A stretch of DNA of 64,000 bases from an uncultured Acidimicrobiales bacterium. Its GTDB lineage: Bacteria; Actinomycetota; Acidimicrobiia; Acidimicrobiales; DATKAS01. The first letter of the stretch is position 1; each line of letters begins with the position of its first letter. The position numbers were made by a program, and so were the translations under genes. Positions 30,501 through 38,967 of this stretch are shown here, one piece after another. The notes beneath the pieces are model-generated. The model did not search any database. It was not told the DNA's origin and saw only the letters and a list, made by a program, of their open reading frames with translations. Location: the NCBI GenBank assembly GCA_963847855.1, contig CAWKBM010000007.1:85079-149078 (forward strand), written 5' to 3'.

Positions 30501-31510
30501 GTGCTCTCCCGGACGATCAGCTCAGGACTGAGCAGGATCTCCTGGCGAGCCCGCGCCGGTTCCGCACGGGCGCCGAGCAAGAGTTCGGCAGATCTCCGGC
30601 CGATCTCGTACGTCGGTTGGGCGACGACCGTGAGCGAGGGCTGCAGCAGCTTGGCCCACGGTGCGTCGTCGAAGCCCACGACGCGCATGTCGTGCGGCAC
30701 CGACAGCCCCTCGTCGCGCAACGCCTCCAGCGCGCCGAGGGTCATGAGGTTGTTGCCGACGAGCACCGCGTCAGGGCGATCGGGTCGAGCGCAGAGCTCG
30801 CGCATCGCCTTGTAGCCGCCCGCCTCCCGGAAGTCCTGCCGGATGATCAGTGTGGGGTCAACGGTGCGCCCCGCTCGTCGAAGTGCCTTGCGGTAGCCGC
30901 TCACCCGCTCGGTCGCAGTGCTGAGCCGTTGGGGGCCGGTGATGCACGCGATCCGGAAGGCGCCGACTTCGATCAGGTGCCTCGTCGCGTCGGCAGCCCC
31001 GCGTTCGTTGTCGACGAGGACGCAGTCGATCGTGCGCCCGACTGGCCGGCGATCGACCGCGACGATGGGGATGCCCGCGTCGCGCAGCGGCTCGAGGTTC
31101 GAGACCCGCGTCGACGCGACGGCGATGACCACGCCCGACATCCGCTCGGAGATCGCGACGTCGATGTACTCGGCCTCCTTGCGGACGTCCTCGTCCGAGT
31201 TGCAGAGCATCACCCGGAAGCCGCGCTCGCGTCCCCCGTCCTCGATGCCCCGGATGATCGACGTGAAGAACGGGTTCTCGATGTCGGCGACGATCACGGC
31301 CCACACGTCGGTCGCTTGGCGGCGCAGCGCTCGAGCGGGACCGAACGGCTGATACCCGAGCTCCGCGACGGCGGCACGCACTCGGGCGGCGCGGTCGGGC
31401 GACACCTCGCGGGTGGCGTTCAGCACTCGTGAGACCGTCGCGGGAGAGACACCGGCTGCTCTGGCCACCTCTCCGATCGTGACCGCCCGGCTCGCCACCG
31501 CGGCGAGCAT
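30497..31510 (-). CDS. LacI family transcriptional regulator
   Basis: VTIGEVARAAGVSPATVSRVLN helix-turn-helix plus a periplasmic-binding-fold body. Confidence 0.95.
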   Translation of the reverse strand: MLAAVASRAVTIGEVARAAGVSPATVSRVLNATREVSPDRAARVRAAVAELGYQPFGPARALRRQATDVWAVIVADIENPFFTSIIRGIEDGGRERGFRVMLCNSDEDVRKEAEYIDVAISERMSGVVIAVASTRVSNLEPLRDAGIPIVAVDRRPVGRTIDCVLVDNERGAADATRHLIEVGAFRIACITGPQRLSTATERVSGYRKALRRAGRTVDPTLIIRQDFREAGGYKAMRELCARPDRPDAVLVGNNLMTLGALEALRDEGLSVPHDMRVVGFDDAPWAKLLQPSLTVVAQPTYEIGRRSAELLLGARAEPARARQEILLSPELIVREST

Positions 31511-31513
31511 ACG

Positions 31514-32293
31514 ATGCTCCGCGCTACGCTCCTGAAATCGATTTCCCGATCTCCTCCGAGCGGTCCAGGTCGTTCTGGCAGAACGGCTATCTGCAGGTCG
31601 ACGAGCAGGTCATGCCGCTCGACGAGCTGGCCTGGTTTCGCCGCGACATACGACGAGATCTTCGTGAACCCGAAGGTGTTCCGCCTCCACTTCGACGGCG
31701 AGCGCGACGACGGCACCAACGGCGTGATCGACCAGATCCTCGGTCCCGAGCTCACCGTGCCCGAGATCCTCGACACGACCTGGTTCGCGAACGCCAAGCA
31801 GCTCGCGTGCGCCTTGCTCGAGATCGACGAGTCCGAGATCCTCGACCACAGTGGCACCCACATGATCTTCAAGCCCGCGGGCGTGGGCCGTGACACGCCG
31901 TGGCACCAGGACGAGGCCTACTGGGAGCAGCCGAAGGTCACTGCGCACAGCCTCTCGGTGTGGACACCGCTCGACGACGTGACCGTCGACAGCGGCTGCA
32001 TGCAGTTCCTGCCCGGCTCACATCGCAGCGACATCCTCGGCCATCGCAACGTGGGTGTCGGGCAGCCTCTTCTGCTCGAGGAACCACCCGACCTCAGCAC
32101 GAGCGCCGCCTGCCCGATCATGGCAGGCGCGGCAACTGTGCATCACTGCCGCACTATCCACTACAGCGGCCCGAACTACAGCGAACGCCCACGACGGGCG
32201 ATCTCCGCGCTGATTCACGGCCCGGTCGTGCCACGCGACGAGCCGCTCGAACGCACCTGGCTGCCGCTCGCTCCGAAGTTCTTGAAGACGTAG
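31514..32293 (+). CDS. PhyH family dioxygenase, paralog 4 (N-terminal frame disrupted)
   Basis: TPWHQDEAYW and CMQFLPGSH are in the 31514 frame. The conserved N-terminus SFWQNGYLQVDEQVMPLDELAWFR is in another frame that has no canonical start. The frames switch at about 31635-31649. Confidence 0.75.
   Translation: MLRATLLKSISRSPPSGPGRSGRTAICRSTSRSCRSTSWPGFAATYDEIFVNPKVFRLHFDGERDDGTNGVIDQILGPELTVPEILDTTWFANAKQLACALLEIDESEILDHSGTHMIFKPAGVGRDTPWHQDEAYWEQPKVTAHSLSVWTPLDDVTVDSGCMQFLPGSHRSDILGHRNVGVGQPLLLEEPPDLSTSAACPIMAGAATVHHCRTIHYSGPNYSERPRRAISALIHGPVVPRDEPLERTWLPLAPKFLKT
31533..31546. promoter_or_regulatory. Putative LacI-family operator TGAAATCGATTTCC (perfect 12-bp palindrome core)
   Basis: GAAATCGATTTC at 31534-31545, about 25 nt from the lacI start codon. 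Confidence 0.55.
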
Positions 32294-32311
32294 CGGCCAG
32301 CGCAGGCAATC

Positions 32312-32852
32312 ATGGTGCCCATGGCTGCCACGAGCGCCGCACAAGTCCACGCCGACGTCCTGTCCCTGTTCGACGAGGCCTGGCCGCGCTTCGCTTCGCG
32401 CCTCGACGGCCTCGAGCGGGATGAGTACCTCTGGGAGCCGGTGCCTGGCTGCTGGACGGTGCGCCAGACGCCGGACGGGGTGCTGGCCGATTGGGCGGAG
32501 TACGCCGACCCGGCTCCCGTCACGACGATTGCCTGGCGTCTGTGGCATGTGGCCGTCGATTGCCTGGACAGCTACTCGGCTCGCGTCTTCGACGCTCGTG
32601 GCACCGAGTTCGTCGATCAGCAATTCACTCTCGACGTCGACGAAGCCCTCACCGCGCTGGCTGCTTCGGGCGAGGTGTTTCGCTCGGGATTGGTGGAGCG
32701 GTCACCCGAGTCGCTGTACGACCTGCTCGGTCCGGCGTGGGGTCCGTATCACTCCTCGACGTTCCTCGCGCTCGATGTTGCACGCGCTCGACGAGGTGAT
32801 CCACCACGCGGCGGAGATCGCGCTGCTCCGCGACCTGTACCCCTCGCGCTAG
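32312..32852 (+). CDS. DinB family protein, apparent frameshift
   Basis: WTVRQTPDG...TTIAWRLWHV. The C-terminal MLHALDEVIHHAAEIALLRDLY-stop is in the 32421 frame. The switch is at about 32771-32780. Confidence 0.75.
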
Positions 32853-35671
32853 TCCCGGCGAGCGAGGATTGCCAGGGTGAGCTCGACGCGCGTCGAGAGG
32901 GCGAGCTTGCGGTAGGCGGATGACACGTGCGACTCGACGGTGCGCCGCGAGAGGTAGAGGCGCTGCGCGATCTCGACGTTGCTGAGCCCGTCGGCGAGCA
33001 GCTCGAGCACGAGCCGTTCGCTCTGCGAGATCGCCTCCCACCCGAAACGGGGACGTGCCGGCGTGGCGCGTTGCCTGGCGGTTGCCTTGGCGCTTCTCGT
33101 GGCGGCCGCGTCAGCTGCCCACGCATCCGCGCCCATTGCGGCATAGATGGATGACGCCTCGAGCGCAGCCTCGTCCGCGTCCGCCGGGGCTCCTACCTCC
33201 CGCAACACGTGGGCAGCATCGAGCAACGCGTCGGCGAGCAGTGGCCGGCGGCTCGTCATCCGGGCCAGGCCGACGGCCTTCAGCGAGCGCTCGGGATCAG
33301 CGTCGACCAAGCCCCGGGCGCGCTCGGCGTCGACGCGGAACGACCGCAGGTCGGTCCGTTCTGCCGCGTCCTCGATGTCGGCCGCGACCGTCTTGGCGCG
33401 TGCTCGATCTCCGGTGGCCAGCGCGAGTCTCACGACTCGTGGCCCGATCCACTGGCGACCGGACTGCATGTCGAACGCGCCGAACGTCTCCCAGACCTCG
33501 CCGACCGATCGAGATGCGGCGTCGAGATCTCCCTCGGCTTCCGCGATCAGCGACTTCGCCATCATCACGTGGTCCCACCCGAGCTGCGCTCGCGTCGGCG
33601 ACAGCTCGCGCTCGGCAAGCTCAGACTCGACGCGTGCAGTCGCGACATCGCCGCGGGCGACAGCGATCTGAGCGAGGAATGAGTGGCACCAGACCATCAC
33701 CCCGAACGCGTCTGCGTTCTCGGACGAGTCGAGGGCCGCGAGGGCGAATGCAGTCGCATCGCCGAGGTCGCCGACCCGGAGCGCACCGAACGATGCGAGC
33801 GCGTCATATGCCGGTACCGCCCACGCCGAGCCTGTCCGGTAGGCAACCTCCCGCCCGCGGCGCACGGCTCGGTCGAGTTCGTCGAAGCCGTCGGTTTCGA
33901 GGAACACGATCCCCGCGGTGAACCACGGCTGATACTGATGTGCGGCGACGCAGCTGGGGTGGTCGGCGAGCTCGACCGCGAGCCGGGCGTGCCGCAACGC
34001 TTCGGCGGTCTCGAGCGGCAGCAGCTCGAGGAAGCAGCAGAGGCTGTGCACTGCGGCCTGCGTCGTGAGGTCACCGAGCGCCTCACCCTCTCGCAGCGCG
34101 TCCATGGCCGCCGCCCATGCGCCACTTCGGTCAAGGGCGAGGAACCTCCCGAACGCGAGCTCCGCGAGCAGCCGAGCCCGTGCGACCGGTTCGTCGGTCA
34201 GGCCGGCGACGGTCGCGACGTGGAGGACGGCGTCGCCCGGCCTCCCGTCGACCACCGCAGCCAGCGCGAGCTCACGGTGCACCTCGGCTCGGACGTGCGG
34301 CGACAGCTCTCGATCGCGGAGCAGTGAGGCGCCGAGTACCTCGGCGTCCGCCGCACGACCCGTGCCGGCGAGCGCTCGGACGCGTGCCGTGGTGATCTCG
34401 ATCGACGGCTCCGTCGCGAGCGATGCCGCGACCTCCGCCAACCTCAGCGAGGTGCCCGGCGATCTGCGGTTGATCGAGTTGGCGACGTCGCACAGCCACT
34501 CGATCGCCTGTTGATCGCCCGGCTGGGCACCGAGCGCGAAGTGCTCGGCGACGTCGAGGGGCGAGGCGCCGAGTGCGATCAGCGTCCGCGCCGCGTCGAC
34601 GTGCATCGCTGCGAGCGCGCTCGGCGCGATCGTGTCGAGCACCGCGGTGCGATAGAGCTCGTGGCGAAACCCGTAGCCCGTCTCGTCCGGTACGAGGATG
34701 CCGGCGACCTCGGCGCGGTCGAGCACGGGCACCAGGTCGAGTGCGCGTCGGCCGGTGACTGCGGCGAGCCGCTCGACGCTCGACGTCGATCCGAGCACCG
34801 CCGCGGCCTGCGCGAGCGTGAACGCCTCACCATCGAGCTCGGCGATCCGCGACGCGAGCACCCCGCTCGGTCGTAGGGAGGCTCCGGCGGGCAGCTCGAC
34901 TTGCGACTCGGTCGAGACGAGCTGCTGGTCGAGTGCCTCGGCGAGCGCATGGATCATCAGGGGGCTGCCCTTCGTTGCCTTGATCGCCTCGGTGAAGCGG
35001 GGTCCGATCGCACCGCCCACGAGTCGGCTCGCGAGGTGGATCGATTCGTCGGTCGAGAGCGGCGAAAGCGTGATCCGAGGGAGCTCGTCCTCACGCGTCT
35101 GAGTGAGGAAGCGATGGAGGTCGGTGGCTGGCGCGGGAGGGCGACTGGTGAGGACGAGCCCGAGGGGCGAGGTTGCGATGCGGTCGAGCACGAGGCCGAG
35201 GAAGCGGAGCGTGCCGCCGTCGGCCCAATGCAGATCCTCGATGACGAGCACGACCGGCGTGGTGAGGCACTCGGCCTCGAGCGTCTCGAGGAGTCGGTCG
35301 GCGACTGCGAACTCGGCCGTCGATCCTGCGCCTGCCTCGAGCAGCGCTCGGGTGCCGGCGGGTTCCCCGCGGGTGGTGTCGAGCGATGGGGTCACGTCGA
35401 GCGCCTCGTGAATCGCGCCGAAGGGGCGCTCGATCGTGAAGCCGTGTGCGGATCCGATGCGGATGGCGACCTGCGACGCGCCTCTCCGGCGGCTCGTGTC
35501 GTTCGTGCCCCCGATGACCTCGCCGATCAACCGGGACTTGCCGCTGCCGGCATCTCCGACGACGAGCACCGCGGAGCCGCGGCCGGCGGCGGCGCCATCG
35601 ACGAGCGCGTGGAGCGCGAGCGACTCGTCGACCCGCCCCACGAACGGCGCCTCGCGGCCGCTCCGGGTCAT
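32849..35671 (-). CDS. STAND-type AAA ATPase / LuxR-family transcriptional regulator (940 aa)
   Basis: PFVGRVDE...VLVVGDAGSGKSRL P-loop, VLVIEDLHWAD Walker B, a long helical-repeat sensor region, and a C-terminal GerE HTH SERLVLELLADGLSNVEIAQRLYLSRRTVESHV. Confidence 0.9.
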   Translation of the reverse strand: MTRSGREAPFVGRVDESLALHALVDGAAAGRGSAVLVVGDAGSGKSRLIGEVIGGTNDTSRRRGASQVAIRIGSAHGFTIERPFGAIHEALDVTPSLDTTRGEPAGTRALLEAGAGSTAEFAVADRLLETLEAECLTTPVVLVIEDLHWADGGTLRFLGLVLDRIATSPLGLVLTSRPPAPATDLHRFLTQTREDELPRITLSPLSTDESIHLASRLVGGAIGPRFTEAIKATKGSPLMIHALAEALDQQLVSTESQVELPAGASLRPSGVLASRIAELDGEAFTLAQAAAVLGSTSSVERLAAVTGRRALDLVPVLDRAEVAGILVPDETGYGFRHELYRTAVLDTIAPSALAAMHVDAARTLIALGASPLDVAEHFALGAQPGDQQAIEWLCDVANSINRRSPGTSLRLAEVAASLATEPSIEITTARVRALAGTGRAADAEVLGASLLRDRELSPHVRAEVHRELALAAVVDGRPGDAVLHVATVAGLTDEPVARARLLAELAFGRFLALDRSGAWAAAMDALREGEALGDLTTQAAVHSLCCFLELLPLETAEALRHARLAVELADHPSCVAAHQYQPWFTAGIVFLETDGFDELDRAVRRGREVAYRTGSAWAVPAYDALASFGALRVGDLGDATAFALAALDSSENADAFGVMVWCHSFLAQIAVARGDVATARVESELAERELSPTRAQLGWDHVMMAKSLIAEAEGDLDAASRSVGEVWETFGAFDMQSGRQWIGPRVVRLALATGDRARAKTVAADIEDAAERTDLRSFRVDAERARGLVDADPERSLKAVGLARMTSRRPLLADALLDAAHVLREVGAPADADEAALEASSIYAAMGADAWAADAAATRSAKATARQRATPARPRFGWEAISQSERLVLELLADGLSNVEIAQRLYLSRRTVESHVSSAYRKLALSTRVELTLAILARRD

Positions 35672-35706
35672 CGGCGGACTGTATATGGCCACGCCAGCGT
35701 CGAGTT

Positions 35707-35720
35707 CCGTGTGCACACGG
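35707..35720. promoter_or_regulatory. Perfect 14-bp palindrome CCGTGTGCACACGG in a divergent promoter region
   Basis: Lies in the 84-nt gap between the luxR-STAND start (35671) and the hsp70-like start (35756). Confidence 0.4.
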
Positions 35721-35755
35721 ACGACATCGCTGCGTGCGCGCGGGTCCATGCTGAC

Positions 35756-37504
35756 ATGGAGTCCGACTCGTCGAGCCGCGGCTACGTGCTGGGTGTCGAC
35801 CTCGGCACGACGTTCACTGCTACCGCACTGTTCCGTGACGGGCATGCCGAGGTCGTGCAGCTCAGCCAACGAAGCGCGGCCGCTCCGTCCGTCGTCTTTC
35901 TGAAGCCTGACGAGTCGATGCTCACGGGCGACGCGGCGGTGCGTCGCGGCGTTGCCGAGCCCGCTCGGTTGGGCCGTGAGTTCAAGCGGCGAGTGGGAGA
36001 CCCTGCTCCCGTCCTCCTCGGTGGAGTGCCGATCGCGCCGGAGCACCTCATGGCCCGTCTGCTGCGGGCCACGATCGACGCGGTGAGCGAGCGTGAGGGC
36101 GGCGCACCCGACACGGTGGTGGTCTCCCATCCGGCGAATTGGGGTCCCTACAAGCTCGAGCTGCTCGACCAGACCTGTCGGATGGCGGGTGTGAGCGACG
36201 CACTGCGCATCCCTGAGCCCGAAGCCGCGGCAGTGCACTACGCGTCGCTCGCTCGCCTCGAAGTCGGGTCGGTGGTCGCGGTCTACGACCTCGGCGGCGG
36301 GACGTTCGACGCGGCGATCCTGCGCAAGACGGCCGACGGGTTCTCGGTGCTCGGCCAGCCCGAGGGGATCGAGAGGCTCGGTGGCATCGACTTCGACGAA
36401 GCCGTCGTCGCCCATGTGCGCGAGGCGTGTGCGGACGCCATCGCGGGGCTCGACTTCGACGATCCGTCGACGACCGCGCTGCTCGCCCGCCTGCGGCAGG
36501 ACTGCGTCGAGGCGAAGGAGGCCCTCTCCTTGGACACCGAGACGTCGGTGCCCGTGGTGCTCCCAGGGCTACGGACCGAAGTACGGCTGACACGCGGCGA
36601 GCTCGAATCCATGATCCGAGTGCCGCTCGTCGAGACGGTCGCCGCGGTCGAGGCGCGCGATGGCGAGCGCACAGGTCGACGCCGACGATCTGACGAGCGT
36701 GCTGCTTGTCGGTGGCTCGTCGCGCATCCCCATGGTCGCCGAGCTGATCACCGCGGAGCTCGGACGACCGGTCGCGGTGGACTCTGACCCGAAGCACGTG
36801 GTCGCCCTCGGCGCGGCGCGGTGGGGGGCGATGCGTCGAGTCGAGGAGCCCGCGTTGGTCGCCGCGTCTGCGGCCGTCGCCGCGCCCCCGCGCGACCGGA
36901 GCGACCGCCTTCGATGTCTCCTCCGCCGGCACCGCCGCCGCTCCCGGCACCGAGTCCGGCCCCGCCCGCGGACGTCCCCCCGGCTGCGGTTTCGGAGACG
37001 GGTCCGGATCACGGGCCACGGCGGAAGAGGCGGTGGATCCCGATCGCCGCGGGCGCGGCGGCGGTCGCGGTCGCGGCGATCGCGGCGGTGGTCGTCTTCG
37101 CAGGCGGAGGCGACGGCGGAACCGGTGGCGCGGCGGGCGCCGCCGACACGCAGCAGACAACGGGTCAGATCACCCCGTGCCCGCCCGCGGGGCAGCCCGC
37201 GGTGTGCATCACCGCGGTCGAGCGGAACGGCAACGCGCTGCAGGTCGCGTTCACCACCCACGACGTGACCCTCGTCAGCGACCCGAGCGCCGAGGAGCTC
37301 ACCGCGACGTTCTTCCTCGGCTCGATCGACAGCACGGCGAGCACCGGTGTCGCGTTGCGTCAGTGGGGTGCGAGCTCGCCGTTCGAACAGCAGTACTCCG
37401 CGGAAGAGCTCGACGGCGCGAGTGCCGTGTGCGTGCTCGTCGGAAACGGCGCCGGTCAGATCGCGCCGGGAACCGGCAACTGCGCCGAGCTTCCGAAGGC
37501 CTGA
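35756..37504 (+). CDS. Membrane-anchored Hsp70/actin-fold ATPase with extracytoplasmic Cys-containing C-terminal domain, two apparent frameshifts
   Basis: VLGVDLGTTFTA, VSHPANW, VAVYDLGGGTFDAAIL, and LLVGGSSRIPMV (the last in the 36660 frame). The 36821 frame then carries a Pro-rich linker, RRKRRWIPIAAGAAAVAVAAIAAVVVFAG (TM helix) and a 4-Cys domain. Confidence 0.8.
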
Positions 37505-38967
37505 CCAGAGGTCGCCAGCATCCCCTCGTAGGACCGGACCATCACGCTCGCCGCGTCGCTCAGCGCGCGCGATGCGAGTGGGTGCTCCGCCCGGCGGCGC
37601 CACCGCTCGACCGATCGGGTGATCGCGACCGCCACGTCCTGATCGGAGGCATCGTCGGGGAGGTCGAGGCGAGACCGGGTCTCGAGGCCGGAACCTTCGA
37701 CGATGCGGTCGATCTCTGCGAGCTCGTTGTCGCCAATGTCGAGCGCGCCGTTTCGAGCGGCGATCAGGAGGCGGAGCTCCGCCAGCTCGTGTGCGCCTGC
37801 TTCGACCATCTCGATGCCGCGTGTCACGTCGTCACGTGCGACGGGCCACTCGCGCGTGATCCGCTCGAGCCCGGCGAGCACCGCCTGAGCCTTGAGCAAC
37901 CCGCTGCGCGCTGCGAAGCGAGTCGCGAGGAGCATGCGGAGCTCGTCGATGCCGCTCACGCGGCGTAGCTCGGCTGCGAGCGCCGGCGCGGTCGGCGTGG
38001 TGCGGTCCTGGATGAGCACCCGCGCGAGCCGCACGCCGAAGAGGCCGAGGCGATCGAGCAGGTGGGCGCGATCCTCCGGGGAGATGTCGATCGCGCTCGG
38101 TCTCGTCGCGAGCCGATCGCAGGAGAGCAGCAGGGCCTCGGCGTCGTCCTCCGGTGCGGTGGCGAGCGTGGTGAGCAGAGCGAAGTCGCGCTCGGTCAGG
38201 AGTGACGCACCGAAGCCGAGCAGCCCGGCGACCGGCACGGTCGTCTGGCACAGCCGACGGATCTGGGGATCGGCTCCATACCGCCGCGCGACGTGCTCCG
38301 CGCTGCGCATGGCCGAGATGCGAGCCGCGCCGATCTCGTCCGCTCGGGATACCACACCGATCGTGTTCACGGGGCTCGGCCGGCCGGCGTCGTCGTCGTG
38401 AAAGGCCTCGAGGAAGCGCACGTCGTGCGCGTGCATGTGCCGAGTCAGGTAGATCACCGCGTCGGCAGCTGACGGCTGATCGCCCGGCAGCAGGAACTCT
38501 CGGCCGCGCGGATCGAGCGTGCCATCGAGCGTGCCGAGACCCGGTGTGTCGATGAGCGTCATCCCGCGCAGGAGCGGCGACGGCCACTCGACGACGACTC
38601 GATCGACGTCGGCATCGTGGATGTCGCCGAGATCGACGTCGATCGAGCTCTCGCTGCGGTGTAACGACACGCGCTGCAGCTGTCCTCGCACGGAAGCCTT
38701 TGCTTCGTAGGACCGACCGTGGACGTACCACGTGACGTGACGTGTGCAGTCGCCGGCGTCGACCGCGGCGAGGCCATGTCCGACGAGGGCGTTGAGCAGC
38801 GTCGACTTTCCGGCCTTCACCCTCCCTGCGACCGCGACGCGCAGCGGCTCGTCGAAGCGAGCCCTCAAGCCGGCGATCGCGGGCGCGGCTTGCGGATGGC
38901 CCTCGTACGTGTCGGCCGCGAGGTCGAGCAGTGCCGAGACCCGCCCGGGCAGTCGCACGCCGGTCAT
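37456..38967 (-). CDS. Dynamin-family GTPase, IniC-like (503 aa)
   Basis: VAVAGRVKAGKSTLLNAL (G1), LIDTPGLG (G3), VVSRADE (G4-like). Its ATG overlaps the upstream stop (ATGA at 38964-38967). Confidence 0.85.
   Translation of the reverse strand: MTGVRLPGRVSALLDLAADTYEGHPQAAPAIAGLRARFDEPLRVAVAGRVKAGKSTLLNALVGHGLAAVDAGDCTRHVTWYVHGRSYEAKASVRGQLQRVSLHRSESSIDVDLGDIHDADVDRVVVEWPSPLLRGMTLIDTPGLGTLDGTLDPRGREFLLPGDQPSAADAVIYLTRHMHAHDVRFLEAFHDDDAGRPSPVNTIGVVSRADEIGAARISAMRSAEHVARRYGADPQIRRLCQTTVPVAGLLGFGASLLTERDFALLTTLATAPEDDAEALLLSCDRLATRPSAIDISPEDRAHLLDRLGLFGVRLARVLIQDRTTPTAPALAAELRRVSGIDELRMLLATRFAARSGLLKAQAVLAGLERITREWPVARDDVTRGIEMVEAGAHELAELRLLIAARNGALDIGDNELAEIDRIVEGSGLETRSRLDLPDDASDQDVAVAITRSVERWRRRAEHPLASRALSDAASVMVRSYEGMLATSGQAFGSSAQLPVPGAI

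Noticed and set aside
36048-37160. 370-aa minus-strand Arg/Pro-rich ORF
   Set aside because: Antisense to the Hsp70-like gene. It has an extreme Arg/Pro composition.
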